A DNA stretch of 64,000 nt from Fusobacteriota bacterium. Its GTDB lineage: Bacteria; Fusobacteriota; Fusobacteriia; Fusobacteriales; JBNJFI01. The stretch is from positions 23,359-87,358 of the forward strand of contig JBNJFI010000001.1 of assembly GCA_051746725.1 (NCBI GenBank), in the 5' to 3' direction. This document shows, piece by piece, positions 20,078 to 30,262 of the stretch; positions within the stretch are counted from its first letter, which is position 1, and every line of letters begins with the position of its first letter. The notes under the pieces are model-generated. The model made no database searches, was not told the origin of the DNA, and saw nothing but the letters and a program-made list of their open reading frames with translations. The position numbers were made by a program, and so were the translations under genes.

Positions 20078-20659
20078 TTAATTAGAAACTAAAATTATTC
20101 CTCTTTTTTGTTTGAGTTCATTTATAACTTTATTTCCAGTTTTTATCCTATAAGTTACGTTAGCTTTATAATCTTTATCTAATATTTCTGTTTGTTCAGA
20201 TTTAGTTAATATATTATCAACGATATCAACCATTTCATAACCAAAGTCTAATACTATTTCTCTTTTTTTTATATACTCAATTATATCCCCTTTTTTGATA
20301 GCCAATTTACCTGCTTTTGAATAATGCCTAATAAGTCCACCAGCTCCTAATTTTATACCACCAAAATATCTGCTTATTACGATTACAATATTTGTCAAAT
20401 CCATTATATTAATTAATTCTGCCACTGGTTTCCCAGCTGTGTTTTGTGGTTCACCATCATCGGAAAATTTAAAATACTCACGATTATCTTCGGTGACTTT
20501 ATATGCATATACATTATGAGAAGCATCAGGATTCTTAGAATTTATTTTTTCTATAAAGTCTTCAGCCTCCTGTTTTGAAGAAATTGGCTTAATATATCCT
20601 ATAAATTTAGATTTTTTTATTTCATGAATTATTTTAGCCTCGTGTTTTATTGTTTTCAT
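20078..20659 (-). CDS. yigZ: YigZ/IMPACT family protein
   Basis: IKKSKFIG, ASHNVYAY, SDDGEP..TAGKP, RYFGGIKLGAGGLIRHY. Confidence 0.92.
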   Translation of the reverse strand: MKTIKHEAKIIHEIKKSKFIGYIKPISSKQEAEDFIEKINSKNPDASHNVYAYKVTEDNREYFKFSDDGEPQNTAGKPVAELINIMDLTNIVIVISRYFGGIKLGAGGLIRHYSKAGKLAIKKGDIIEYIKKREIVLDFGYEMVDIVDNILTKSEQTEILDKDYKANVTYRIKTGNKVINELKQKRGIILVSN

Positions 20660-21875
20660 TTGTTCCCTCTTTTTGTTTTTTAACTTTTTCTAATTGTTCA
20701 ATTGCCAATTTTTTAATATATCGTTCATTTTGATTTGCATCCTGTTTTGCTTTTATTAAATATTTTCCAGCTTTATCTAGTTTTCCAATTCTTCTATATA
20801 ATTCACCTAATAAATAAATCAGGCCAGTTTCAGTTAATTTACCGCTAATTTTTTCTCCAGTTGACAAAGCTTCCTCATAATATTCAATGGTTTTTTCTAG
20901 ATAAAAAAGTTCAGTTTCAGTTTCGGAGTTTTCTCTTGCTAACCAAGCTGCCTTTAAGTTTAAACTTCCCAAAAATGCAGAAGAAAAATTTCTCTCTTGG
21001 TAAATAATTATTGCTAATTTATATGCCATTAATGCTAATTCATAGTTTCTTTCATCAAAAAAGTTAAGATTACCTGCTAAGTTTTTTCTCTTATCTTTTC
21101 CAGATAATATTTTTTCTATTTCTTTTTCATTTAAGTTGGAAAAATCTTCTTTTTTAGAAGAATACAGACATCTAGGACAAGTCCACATATCGTATATCAA
21201 TGGATTTAATCCTTCGTACCATTCGTGAAAATCAGAATCTTTTTTCTTAATTGGTAAAGACTTACTTCTATAGTTTTGAGTAATAAATTCTAAACCACAT
21301 ATTGGACAAGCAACATTTTTTTTCCATAAACTTTTTTCTTTTATATTTTTTTGGAGTTTTCTTAATTCTATCTTTTGATATTTTTTAGCAACATTAATCA
21401 ATAATTTTTTTAGTTCTTTTTTTTGAGGATCCATTGAAGGATCAATCTTTTGACTTGCTAGATCATCTAATACTTTTTTTGATTTATCAACAGGTTTTTC
21501 TTTTTTTTCTTCATCTAAAAATGATTTTACTCTCGTTTTAAAGGTTTTTATATTTATTGGTTTAATAAGACATCCACTAATATTAAATTTAGTTGACTTT
21601 AATATGTTTTCTTTATTTTCACTGGTAGACATAACCAAAAAAGGGATCTCCTTGTCAATATTTCTAACTCTTCTTAAAACTTCCAATCCAGTAATATCTG
21701 GGAGTTCAAGGTTTAATATTATCAAGTCAAATCCCGATTCTTTTCGAAGGAGAGGTATTACCTCTCCTCCTCTTTCTTTTATTTTAACATCAAAGCCTTC
21801 TGATTTTAATATCTGTTCATATAATTTATTTGTGGCCTTTAAACTATCAACTATTAGAACTTTCTTTTTTTCCAT
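20634..21875 (-). CDS. Atypical receiver domain fused to DUF2225 (Zn-binding/TPR-like)
   Basis: N-terminal REC fold (VLIVDS...DLIILNLELPDITG...IKP). C-terminal CPICG...DSDF...NPLIYDMWTCPRC...LKAAWLAR...YLLGELYRRIG. Confidence 0.82.
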   Translation of the reverse strand: MEKKKVLIVDSLKATNKLYEQILKSEGFDVKIKERGGEVIPLLRKESGFDLIILNLELPDITGLEVLRRVRNIDKEIPFLVMSTSENKENILKSTKFNISGCLIKPINIKTFKTRVKSFLDEEKKEKPVDKSKKVLDDLASQKIDPSMDPQKKELKKLLINVAKKYQKIELRKLQKNIKEKSLWKKNVACPICGLEFITQNYRSKSLPIKKKDSDFHEWYEGLNPLIYDMWTCPRCLYSSKKEDFSNLNEKEIEKILSGKDKRKNLAGNLNFFDERNYELALMAYKLAIIIYQERNFSSAFLGSLNLKAAWLARENSETETELFYLEKTIEYYEEALSTGEKISGKLTETGLIYLLGELYRRIGKLDKAGKYLIKAKQDANQNERYIKKLAIEQLEKVKKQKEGTNENNKTRG

Positions 21876-22950
21876 TTTTATTCATCTCCATCATTTTTAT
21901 AAAATCATTAAATATATGAAAACTATCATGCGGTCCAGGAGAAGCTTCTGGATGATGTTGTACAGTTAATATATCTTTTCCAACCATTCCTTCAGAAGAA
22001 TTATCATTTAAATTTATATATTTTAAGTCCATCCCCTCTAGAGAATCCATATCCACTGCAAAACCATGATTTTGAGAAGTGATATCAACTTTTTTGGTAT
22101 CCATATCTATTACAGATTGATTGGCTCCTCTATGCCCAAATTTCATTTTATATGTTTTCCCCCCTAAACTCAAAGCAGCCAGTTGATGTCCTAGACATAT
22201 ACCAAATATAGGTTTTTTATTTTTTAATTTTTTGATGTTTTCAATTGCATAATCAACTGCAGCAGGATCTCCAGGTCCATTTGATAAGAAAATACCATCT
22301 GGATCCATATCTAAAACTTTTTCAGCTGGATAATCAGAAGGTACAACTGTTAAATCACATTTTAAATCTTCTAAAATTCTCAAGATATTAAACTTAACAC
22401 CATAATCATAAACAACAACATTATATTCTTTTTTGTTATCAAGTTTATTCCATTTATATACCTCTTTAGTGGTAACCGTATCTACTAAGTTCATTCCCTC
22501 CATATCAGGAGCTTCTTTTACTTTTTTGTCTAAAATTTCTAAATCAAACTCTTCAGTAGATATTATTCCATTCATAGACCCTTCTTCTCTGATCTTTTTT
22601 GTTAAAGATCTAGTATCAATATTTTCAATTCCAATGATATTATTTTCCTTTAAATACTTTCCTAAACTTTTTTGAGCTCTAAAATTAAAATATTCCTCAT
22701 TATAGTTTTTTACAATAAAAGCAGATACCTGAACTTTATCCGATTCCACATCCTCTTCATTTACACCATAGTTTCCTATCTCGGGATAAGTCATTGTCAC
22801 CATCTGACCTGTATAAGATGGATCTGTTAATATTTCTTGATATCCTGTCATAGAAGTATTAAAAACTACTTCTCCTGTAACTTCTCCCTGGGCACCAAAA
22901 TTCTCTCCATAAAAATACGTACCGTCTTCTAAATATAATATTGCTTTCAT
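21847..22950 (-). CDS. carA: Carbamoyl-phosphate synthase small subunit
   Basis: GEVVFNTSMTGYQE, LSNGPGDP, FGICLGHQ, SQNHGFAV, HPEASPGPHD. Confidence 0.97.
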   Translation of the reverse strand: MKAILYLEDGTYFYGENFGAQGEVTGEVVFNTSMTGYQEILTDPSYTGQMVTMTYPEIGNYGVNEEDVESDKVQVSAFIVKNYNEEYFNFRAQKSLGKYLKENNIIGIENIDTRSLTKKIREEGSMNGIISTEEFDLEILDKKVKEAPDMEGMNLVDTVTTKEVYKWNKLDNKKEYNVVVYDYGVKFNILRILEDLKCDLTVVPSDYPAEKVLDMDPDGIFLSNGPGDPAAVDYAIENIKKLKNKKPIFGICLGHQLAALSLGGKTYKMKFGHRGANQSVIDMDTKKVDITSQNHGFAVDMDSLEGMDLKYINLNDNSSEGMVGKDILTVQHHPEASPGPHDSFHIFNDFIKMMEMNKNGKKESSNS

Positions 22951-23010
22951 TAAAACCTCCTATATTTTATTTTATAAATTTATTTAATTAATTTATGATA
23001 TATTTATCAT

Positions 23011-23625
23011 TTATTTTAATTGTAAATTATCTTTTCTAGGCATATGTAAATCATATTTTAAAGATATTAAGCGTCCTATAAATATAAACGCTAACACAAA
23101 ATAACTTGTTTCTAATTTATCAATCGGTATATATAGATCCATATAAAAATATATTATAGCCCCTATAATGCAAAACGTAGCATATACTTCTTCTTTTAAA
23201 ATAAACGGAATTTCATTTACCAATATATCTCGAAACATTCCTCCAAAAGTAGCCGTTATAGTTGATAAAAATACCACTCCAACTATATTTAAACTGAAAT
23301 CCATTGCTACTTGAGCACCAACAACTGCAAATACAGCTAATCCAAGCGCATCAAATATTTTTATAACCTTTGAAAAATCTTTAATGTGATAACCGAAAGT
23401 ATATGTCAAAAAAGCTGTTATAATCGCAACAAATATAGTCTCTTTTTCTATAAAAACTACTGGAATTTTATTTATTAAGACATCTCTACATATCCCACCA
23501 CCAACTGCTGTTATTATTCCTAATATTATAACTCCTAATATATCTAGCTTATATTTTAATCCTTTTAAAGAACCAGCCACAGCAAAAGCTATTGTTCCTA
23601 ATATATTTAATGTCCATAGAAACAT
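23011..23625 (-). CDS. UPF0126 / trimeric intracellular cation channel family protein
   Basis: GTIAFAVAG, TAVGGGICRD, DALGL..F...GA, GGMFRD.L.NEIP. Confidence 0.9.
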   Translation of the reverse strand: MFLWTLNILGTIAFAVAGSLKGLKYKLDILGVIILGIITAVGGGICRDVLINKIPVVFIEKETIFVAIITAFLTYTFGYHIKDFSKVIKIFDALGLAVFAVVGAQVAMDFSLNIVGVVFLSTITATFGGMFRDILVNEIPFILKEEVYATFCIIGAIIYFYMDLYIPIDKLETSYFVLAFIFIGRLISLKYDLHMPRKDNLQLK

Positions 23626-24918
23626 TTATATTAACTTCCCATCTATCATCTTAACTTCTCCGTTAACAACAGTCATATAAGGTTTTCCTCTTAGAGTTTT
23701 TCCATTAAAAGGAGTATTTTTTCCCTTTGAATAAAACTCATCACTATTGACTGTCCATTCTTTTTTGAAATCAACTATACTTAAATCAGCAATTTTACCT
23801 TCTTTTATTCCTTTATCTTTAATTCTAAATATTTTTCTAGGATTTATACTCAATAATTCAGCCATTCGTTTTAAATCAATTACATCATTATTAACTAATT
23901 CATCGGAAACAAGTCCAACAGCTGTTTCTAATCCTGATATACCAAATGGAGCTGCATCATAATCAACTACTTTATCTACCTTGCTGTGTGGTGCATGATC
24001 TGTTGATATTATATCAACTGTTCCATCTTCAATTCTTGCAATCAGATATTCCATATCTTCTTGATCTCTAAGAGGAGGATTTACCTTTGTCCCTGTGTCA
24101 TAACCTTGATCAAACACCTCTTTATCTGTTAATGAAAAGTGATGTGGAGTAACTTCCACTGTAACATCGACACCTCTAGCCTTGGCATCTTTAATAATTC
24201 TTAAACTTTCCTTTGTAGAAGCATGAGCTATATGCAATCTTGACTGTCTAGATTCACATAATAATATATCTCGAGATACTATAACTGCCTCTGCCTCATT
24301 TGGGATTCCCTTTAATCCAAGTCTTATAGAATATACTCCTTCATTCATAACTCCATTTTTCGAAAGACTCCTGTCTTCTGAATGAGAAATCATAGGTAAA
24401 TCAAATTTTTTTATATATTCAAAAGCCTTTCTTGTTAGAAGAGAATTTTCCACAGGAACACCATCGTCGGATATCCCAACTATTCCTGAAGTATGCATTT
24501 TACCTATTTCAGCTAATTCATGGCCATTTTCACCTTTAGTTATAGCGCCAATTGGATATATTCTAGCTAAATCAAGATCTCGTTCTTTATTTTTTAAATA
24601 CTCCACCATTACCTGATTATCACAAATAGGATTTGTATTTGGCATAGGAGCAACCCCTGTAAATCCACCAGCTAACGCAGCTTTTAAACCAGTTTCTATT
24701 GTTTCTTTATATTCTTGACCTGGTTCTCTTAAATGAACATGCATATCAATAAAGCCAGGAAAGATAACTTTTCCAGCCAAGTCATACTCTTGCATTTCTT
24801 TAGTTTTTTCTATATTCTCAGAAATTTCTACGATCTTACCTTTTTTGATTAAAATATCCATTTTTCCCTGTAAATCATTTTCAGGATCTACAATCAGTCC
24901 ATTCTTCAATAACAACAT
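23626..24918 (-). CDS. pyrC: Dihydroorotase (type I)
   Basis: PGFIDMHVHLREPG, MPNT.P, SDDG, HSED, EVTPHHF, KVNPPLR, TDHAPH. Confidence 0.95.
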   Translation of the reverse strand: MLLLKNGLIVDPENDLQGKMDILIKKGKIVEISENIEKTKEMQEYDLAGKVIFPGFIDMHVHLREPGQEYKETIETGLKAALAGGFTGVAPMPNTNPICDNQVMVEYLKNKERDLDLARIYPIGAITKGENGHELAEIGKMHTSGIVGISDDGVPVENSLLTRKAFEYIKKFDLPMISHSEDRSLSKNGVMNEGVYSIRLGLKGIPNEAEAVIVSRDILLCESRQSRLHIAHASTKESLRIIKDAKARGVDVTVEVTPHHFSLTDKEVFDQGYDTGTKVNPPLRDQEDMEYLIARIEDGTVDIISTDHAPHSKVDKVVDYDAAPFGISGLETAVGLVSDELVNNDVIDLKRMAELLSINPRKIFRIKDKGIKEGKIADLSIVDFKKEWTVNSDEFYSKGKNTPFNGKTLRGKPYMTVVNGEVKMIDGKLI

Positions 24919-24944
24919 TTTTCCTCCTAGATTTTATTTATTCT

Positions 24945-24976
24945 AAAAAATAGAAGGGGATCCCCCTTCTACTTTT
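24945..24976 (-). terminator. Intrinsic terminator
   Basis: Minus strand TAGAAGGGG-gat-CCCCTTCTA followed by TTTTTT, directly after the stop codon at 24975. Confidence 0.75.
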
Positions 24977-26324
24977 ATCTTACAAATATTCCATTTTTTT
25001 CTATTCTGAAGTAATAATTTCCTTCTTCTCCTATATTTTTTCCAAGTCCAAACCATAGCGATCTTTTCAATTCAAAATCAAATTTAACTAAGATATCATC
25101 CTTAGCTCCATAATTAATGTATTCAACTGCAGGCACAAAACGATCTGTAAATTTCGGAAGATATTCTATAGCTAATCCAAACACGTTACTATCTTCGTTA
25201 TCATTTAAATCAACACTATACATACCATTTAAATTCAGAGAAAGCTTATTTATTTTTTTTTCTGCTAACAAAGTTAATTGTGAATTTTTTTCTGTTCCTA
25301 ATTCATACTTTAGACCTGTTGTTATATATGGCTTTTCAATACTGCTTTTTATATTAAAATTAATTTCATTATTATTTTTATTATCTAAATCATCAAAAAC
25401 TCCACCAATTCCAAATTCAAAAAAGTCTAATATTCCTATTCTAAAATCTAAACTAGCTTCTTCTAGATAATCAACACTAATAGAATATAATCCAGATGGA
25501 ATTACCTTTGTTTTTTCTACTTTTCCAACTTTAATAGGATATTTTCCTTTTATATCTTTTATATATGATTTATCAGATTTTTTGGGCTTTTCACCTTTAT
25601 TTGAAATCTCTAATTCCGTAAAACTTTTGACTTGAATCAAGTCATCTTTTTTAACCTTAATATTAGTTAATATTCCTCCATCTATAGTTGCACTTGAATA
25701 TTTGTTTTCCACAGTATCTACTTTGGCTTCAGCTATATTTTTTTTATCTAAATAAATCATTTCGTTAGTTTCTTCATCTAAAATTTCTTTTTCTGATCTA
25801 AATATCTTTATAATACTTCCATTTTTAATTCCATACACTTTTCCGATATTAATGTATACTTTTCCGCCATCTTTATCAATTATTCTTCCTGTTACAGGAA
25901 ACTTTTCCAAAAGTTTTTTTTGGAAATATATTCCTAGATATTTTATATTATCATACTTAAAATCAACTGAATCACTTATAATAATTTTTGAATTACTTAC
26001 ATTAATTATTTTATAATTAAATGAATATGCATTTTTTATCTCCTGAACTTCACCACTAAATAAAAAATCTACACCTTGAAATTCGGTCCCTATTTTATCA
26101 ATTCCTAAGCTGGCCTCTTCTTGCCAAACTTCCTGAAATACAGTTTTTTTACTTAATACGTCAAATTTATTTTGATTTATTAATTCTCTTTCTATTATGT
26201 TTTTAACTTTTTCATTTACTTGTTTATTTTCACCTTTAAATCCATATACTGCTATTTTCTCCTTACCTTGAACAAAAATTGTTATCAAATTAAAAGTTAA
26301 AATTAATATTAATATTTTTTTCAT
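24975..26324 (-). CDS. Secreted/outer-membrane protein: CsgG-like N-domain, FlgT_C-like middle, beta-strand-rich C-terminus
   Basis: Signal peptide. KIAVYGF...ELINQNKFDVL...GVDFLFSGEV (CsgG/TolB_N-like). GRIIDKDGGKVYINIGKVYGIKNG (FlgT_C-like). Amphipathic strands at the C-terminus. Confidence 0.6.
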   Translation of the reverse strand: MKKILILILTFNLITIFVQGKEKIAVYGFKGENKQVNEKVKNIIERELINQNKFDVLSKKTVFQEVWQEEASLGIDKIGTEFQGVDFLFSGEVQEIKNAYSFNYKIINVSNSKIIISDSVDFKYDNIKYLGIYFQKKLLEKFPVTGRIIDKDGGKVYINIGKVYGIKNGSIIKIFRSEKEILDEETNEMIYLDKKNIAEAKVDTVENKYSSATIDGGILTNIKVKKDDLIQVKSFTELEISNKGEKPKKSDKSYIKDIKGKYPIKVGKVEKTKVIPSGLYSISVDYLEEASLDFRIGILDFFEFGIGGVFDDLDNKNNNEINFNIKSSIEKPYITTGLKYELGTEKNSQLTLLAEKKINKLSLNLNGMYSVDLNDNEDSNVFGLAIEYLPKFTDRFVPAVEYINYGAKDDILVKFDFELKRSLWFGLGKNIGEEGNYYFRIEKNGIFVR

Positions 26325-26355
26325 ATATAACTCCTTATTATCTTATCAGTTTCTA

Positions 26356-27153
26356 TTATTGTAACCCAATATATCTCAATACTAATTGTAAACCTGTATT
26401 AAAAGCTGGTCTGATTATTAAATCTAAAAACCCTAAATATAATAATGCGATAATTATTATAAAACCATACCTCTCCATTGTGTTCATAATATTCTTTACT
26501 TTTCTATTTCCCAAAGCAAATATAATTCTAGATCCATCTAAAGGCGGAATTGGTATCAAATTAAATATAATCAAAGCCATATTTATAAATATAAAAAATA
26601 TGAAAAATAATATAACTAAATTAGATAATGATAAAAGGTTTACAGTTTGATTTTGCAGTACCATTGAAAATATTCTAATTACACTATCTTTAGGAAAAAA
26701 CTTTAAAACTGTTGCTCCTATAATTAAACCTATTAAATTTGTTGTTACTCCAGCCAGCGCAACAGAAATCATTCCTTTTTTCTTATCTCTAAATCTTTTA
26801 GAATTTATTGGCACAGGTTTAGCCCATCCAATCACAATTGGAGAACCTGATAATATTAATATAACCGGCACCAAAGTCCCTATTGGATCTATATGACTTT
26901 TTGGATTTAAAGTCAATCTATTGGCATTTTTGGCAGTTGGATCACCATTTAAATAAGCAATATACCCATGAGCCACTTCATGAATTATAACTGCAACAAA
27001 TAAGGCTATGATCATTACCAATATCTGAGGGTTTATAAATATTCGTTGTAATATGATTATACCTAAGACTAAACCGATAAATAAATATATGTATATAGTA
27101 TTTTTACTAATTCCTCTATTAGCTCTTTTTATTTCTTCCCAAAAATTTTTCAT
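26356..27153 (-). CDS. Site-2 protease (M50 peptidase)
   Basis: HEVAHG (HExxH), GDPTA..RLTLNP..HIDP, GWAKPVP, FNLIPIPPLDG. Confidence 0.93.
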   Translation of the reverse strand: MKNFWEEIKRANRGISKNTIYIYLFIGLVLGIIILQRIFINPQILVMIIALFVAVIIHEVAHGYIAYLNGDPTAKNANRLTLNPKSHIDPIGTLVPVILILSGSPIVIGWAKPVPINSKRFRDKKKGMISVALAGVTTNLIGLIIGATVLKFFPKDSVIRIFSMVLQNQTVNLLSLSNLVILFFIFFIFINMALIIFNLIPIPPLDGSRIIFALGNRKVKNIMNTMERYGFIIIIALLYLGFLDLIIRPAFNTGLQLVLRYIGLQ

Positions 27154-27177
27154 AATTACTCCTTTCAGTTCTTTCTT

Positions 27178-27206
27178 ATTATATCATATTTATTTTTATT
27201 TTACAA
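27178..27206 (-). promoter_or_regulatory. Putative sigma70 promoter for the site-2 protease
   Basis: Minus strand TTGTAA-17 bp-TATAAT with TGn. Confidence 0.5.
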
Positions 27207-28908
27207 GAATATCACTTCCCTTTTTTGAGTATTCTATCCTTATATTTTCTAGTTTTATTGTTTCATTTTGATTGACTTTCTGAATATTTTTCACTCCAAA
27301 AATTTTCTCAATTTTAGAAAAATATTTATCTGGTATCTTATAATTCACAAATACAATATCTAAAGTGTTTATTCCTTTTTTCTTAAATTTTAAGATATCT
27401 CTATCAGTAAGATTTCTATTCCATATTAAAATCCCTTTTTTGAGATTAGATTTAATATATAAATTTTTATTTAATTTATATTGAGATGGCGAAGATTTAA
27501 AATTAAATATACTTATTACCAAAATATAAATTAATATAATAAATGATCCTTTTTTTAGATTTATATCTTGTTTTTTAATTACTTTTTGGTATATATAATA
27601 ACCAATTATACAATAAAAAACTAATAACATATATATAGGAATATATTTATATATCTTTATTTGAATTAAAGGAATATTTTTAGCCTGAATAATATAAAAT
27701 TTCAGAATATTATATAATTTTTCTAAAAAGAAACCCAGAAAAATAGATATCTTTATGGAAAAAAACCCAATAATTAAACTTATAAAAGCTCCACCAACTA
27801 CTAACACTCCTAAGGGTATTGCAATTATATTTATAATCATAACAAAGATTGGTAAACTATTAAAATAATATACAAAAATAGGTGCCAAAGCTATCTGAAT
27901 AGATATACTCAAAATAAGCATTTCCAATAATTTATTATCGGACTTTATTTCAACTAATTTATAAATATAAATAATTCCAAATAGAGCCATATAGGACAGT
28001 TGAAATGACACCGATAAAATTAACGTGGGATTTATTAAAAGAGTTATTATTCCTGCCAACGAAACACTTTTTTTTATATTTGGCTCTTCTTTTAATAATT
28101 TTGAAATTAAAAATACTCCCCCCATTATATAAGCTCTAAAAACAGAAGGACTAAAATTTAGCATAACTACATATAAAGTAATTGAAATTAAAGCCAAAAA
28201 ATATCGCATATTATATCCCAAAGGAAGTTTTCCTAAAATAAAAACTACTATCCCTATTATTAAGCCTATGTGCAAACCAGATATTACTAATATGTGAGCT
28301 GCTCCGGTATATCTAAATCCCTCTAAAAGTTCTTGAGAAAGTCCATCTTGTTCTCCTAATAAAATTGCTCTTAAAAAAGAAAAAAATTCATAACTATAAG
28401 GAACAGATATTTTTTTTATTTTCTCTCTTGTTGTATTCTTTAACTTATTTATTTTTGAAGGTTTTATCTCTAAAATTTCTCCTCGAACTGTGATATTATT
28501 TTCATATTTATTTAAATAATCAATTTTTATATTTAGTTTATATTTTCCATTTTTTATTCCCCTTACTCTAGACTTAAAAAATATCCTTTTTTGAGTGATT
28601 TTATTATTTATTTTTAATATCTCAAATTTAGATCCATTCTTAATTGCATTTACTTTATATATTTTGTCTTTATCTATTTTTTCATCGGTTATTCTTATAG
28701 CATATATCATTCCAACTGTCAAAAAAGATAAAATTAATATTATTATTTCCCCATTTTTATTACTCGTAAATTTATCAATGAAAAATAGAAAAATTCCTGT
28801 TATAAATATAAATAATAATAACAAAAAAGGGAGTTGAACATAGTAGAAAAAAATTGAACCACATAATATAGTGATAAAAATTTTATAAATAGCTTCCACT
28901 ATGAACAC
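27196..28908 (-). CDS. comEC: ComEC/Rec2 family competence membrane protein
   Basis: AILLG, TGAAHILVISGLHIG, SPSVFRA..M, SFQLSY motifs. No intact metallo-beta-lactamase C-domain recognised. Confidence 0.88.
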   Translation of the reverse strand: MFIVEAIYKIFITILCGSIFFYYVQLPFLLLLFIFITGIFLFFIDKFTSNKNGEIIILILSFLTVGMIYAIRITDEKIDKDKIYKVNAIKNGSKFEILKINNKITQKRIFFKSRVRGIKNGKYKLNIKIDYLNKYENNITVRGEILEIKPSKINKLKNTTREKIKKISVPYSYEFFSFLRAILLGEQDGLSQELLEGFRYTGAAHILVISGLHIGLIIGIVVFILGKLPLGYNMRYFLALISITLYVVMLNFSPSVFRAYIMGGVFLISKLLKEEPNIKKSVSLAGIITLLINPTLILSVSFQLSYMALFGIIYIYKLVEIKSDNKLLEMLILSISIQIALAPIFVYYFNSLPIFVMIINIIAIPLGVLVVGGAFISLIIGFFSIKISIFLGFFLEKLYNILKFYIIQAKNIPLIQIKIYKYIPIYMLLVFYCIIGYYIYQKVIKKQDINLKKGSFIILIYILVISIFNFKSSPSQYKLNKNLYIKSNLKKGILIWNRNLTDRDILKFKKKGINTLDIVFVNYKIPDKYFSKIEKIFGVKNIQKVNQNETIKLENIRIEYSKKGSDILVK

Positions 28909-28947
28909 TCCCTTTTAATATTTTTGTTTTTATAATTTTAATACATT

Positions 28948-30231
28948 TTAATTATATATTTTTTCAAATTCATCAAAATAATTTGGAAAAGTTTTGGAAA
29001 CACAACCTGGATCTTTTATTTTCGTTCCTGGAATTAATAATCCTGGAACAGAAAAACTCATAGCCATTCTGTGATCATCATATGTATCTATAGAAACTCC
29101 TTCATTATATTTTTCAACTGGTTCTATTATCAACCCATCTTCCAATTCAGTTACCTTAGCACCTAATTTCGTAAGTTCATTACATACAGCTTTTATTCTA
29201 TCCGTTTCTTTTATTCTCATATTATATACATTCTTTATTTCAGTTTTCCCTTCAGCAAATATTGCTATTGCTGCTAAAGTTTGAGCTACATCTGACATAT
29301 GATGCATATCTACTGTAACTCCTTTTAGTTTTTTAGGACCTTTTACTATAACATGATTTTCTCCATATTCAATCTCAGCACCCATTTTTTCTAAAACTTC
29401 TAGGAATTTTATATCTCCTTGCATTACATCTTTTTTGACATTATTTACTTTAACTGTACTATTAGTTGCAGCTGCTATTGCAAAAAAGTAAGACGCAGAA
29501 GAGCAATCTCCTTCAACAACATATTCTCTCCCTTTATATTCTTGTCCTGATTTAATAAAAAACTCTTTATAATCCTCATTAACTACCTCAACTCCAAAAT
29601 CCTTCATCATTGTAGTAGTAATATCTATATATGGTTTTGATACCATCTCACCGTCTATCTCAATAGTTATATCTTCATTTGCATAGGGAGCAGAAAGTAA
29701 AATAGATGTAACATATTGACTACTTTTATCCCCACGCATTTTAACTGATCCTTTATTTATTCCATTTGCATAAACTGTAATTGGAGGATACCCCTCTTTT
29801 TCTTGATATTCAGTTTTTATATCTAATTGAGAAAGAGCAGTTACTAAGTCTTTAATTGGTCTTCCCTTTTTCATTCTCTCTATACCAGTTAAAGTTACTT
29901 CACCTTTTCCTGTAGCTATATATGTAGGTAAAAATCTAATGGAAGTTCCAGAGTTACCTAAGAATAACTCACTTTTTTGAAATTCTTTTTTCTGATTTCC
30001 TTTTATAATAACCTCTTTAGTGTTTTCATTGGCATTTACATCGTTTCCTAATTTTTCCAATGCTTTCATCATATATTTGGTATCATCACTGAATAACATA
30101 TTTTTTAAAACTGTCTCTCCTTTTGCATGAGCTGCAATTATAAGAGCTCTATTTGCAACAGATTTAGATCCAGGTATATCCACCTCTATGTTAAAATTTT
30201 TTGCTGGTTTAACTTGATAAGTATTTTCCAT
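28948..30231 (-). CDS. aroA: 3-phosphoshikimate 1-carboxyvinyltransferase
   Basis: PGSKS..NRAL, LGNSGT..R, SSQY, RIKETDRI, DDHRMAM, KTFPNYF. Confidence 0.97.
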   Translation of the reverse strand: MENTYQVKPAKNFNIEVDIPGSKSVANRALIIAAHAKGETVLKNMLFSDDTKYMMKALEKLGNDVNANENTKEVIIKGNQKKEFQKSELFLGNSGTSIRFLPTYIATGKGEVTLTGIERMKKGRPIKDLVTALSQLDIKTEYQEKEGYPPITVYANGINKGSVKMRGDKSSQYVTSILLSAPYANEDITIEIDGEMVSKPYIDITTTMMKDFGVEVVNEDYKEFFIKSGQEYKGREYVVEGDCSSASYFFAIAAATNSTVKVNNVKKDVMQGDIKFLEVLEKMGAEIEYGENHVIVKGPKKLKGVTVDMHHMSDVAQTLAAIAIFAEGKTEIKNVYNMRIKETDRIKAVCNELTKLGAKVTELEDGLIIEPVEKYNEGVSIDTYDDHRMAMSFSVPGLLIPGTKIKDPGCVSKTFPNYFDEFEKIYN

Positions 30232-30262
30232 TATTCCACCTTTCTTAAAAATTATCTTTGTT

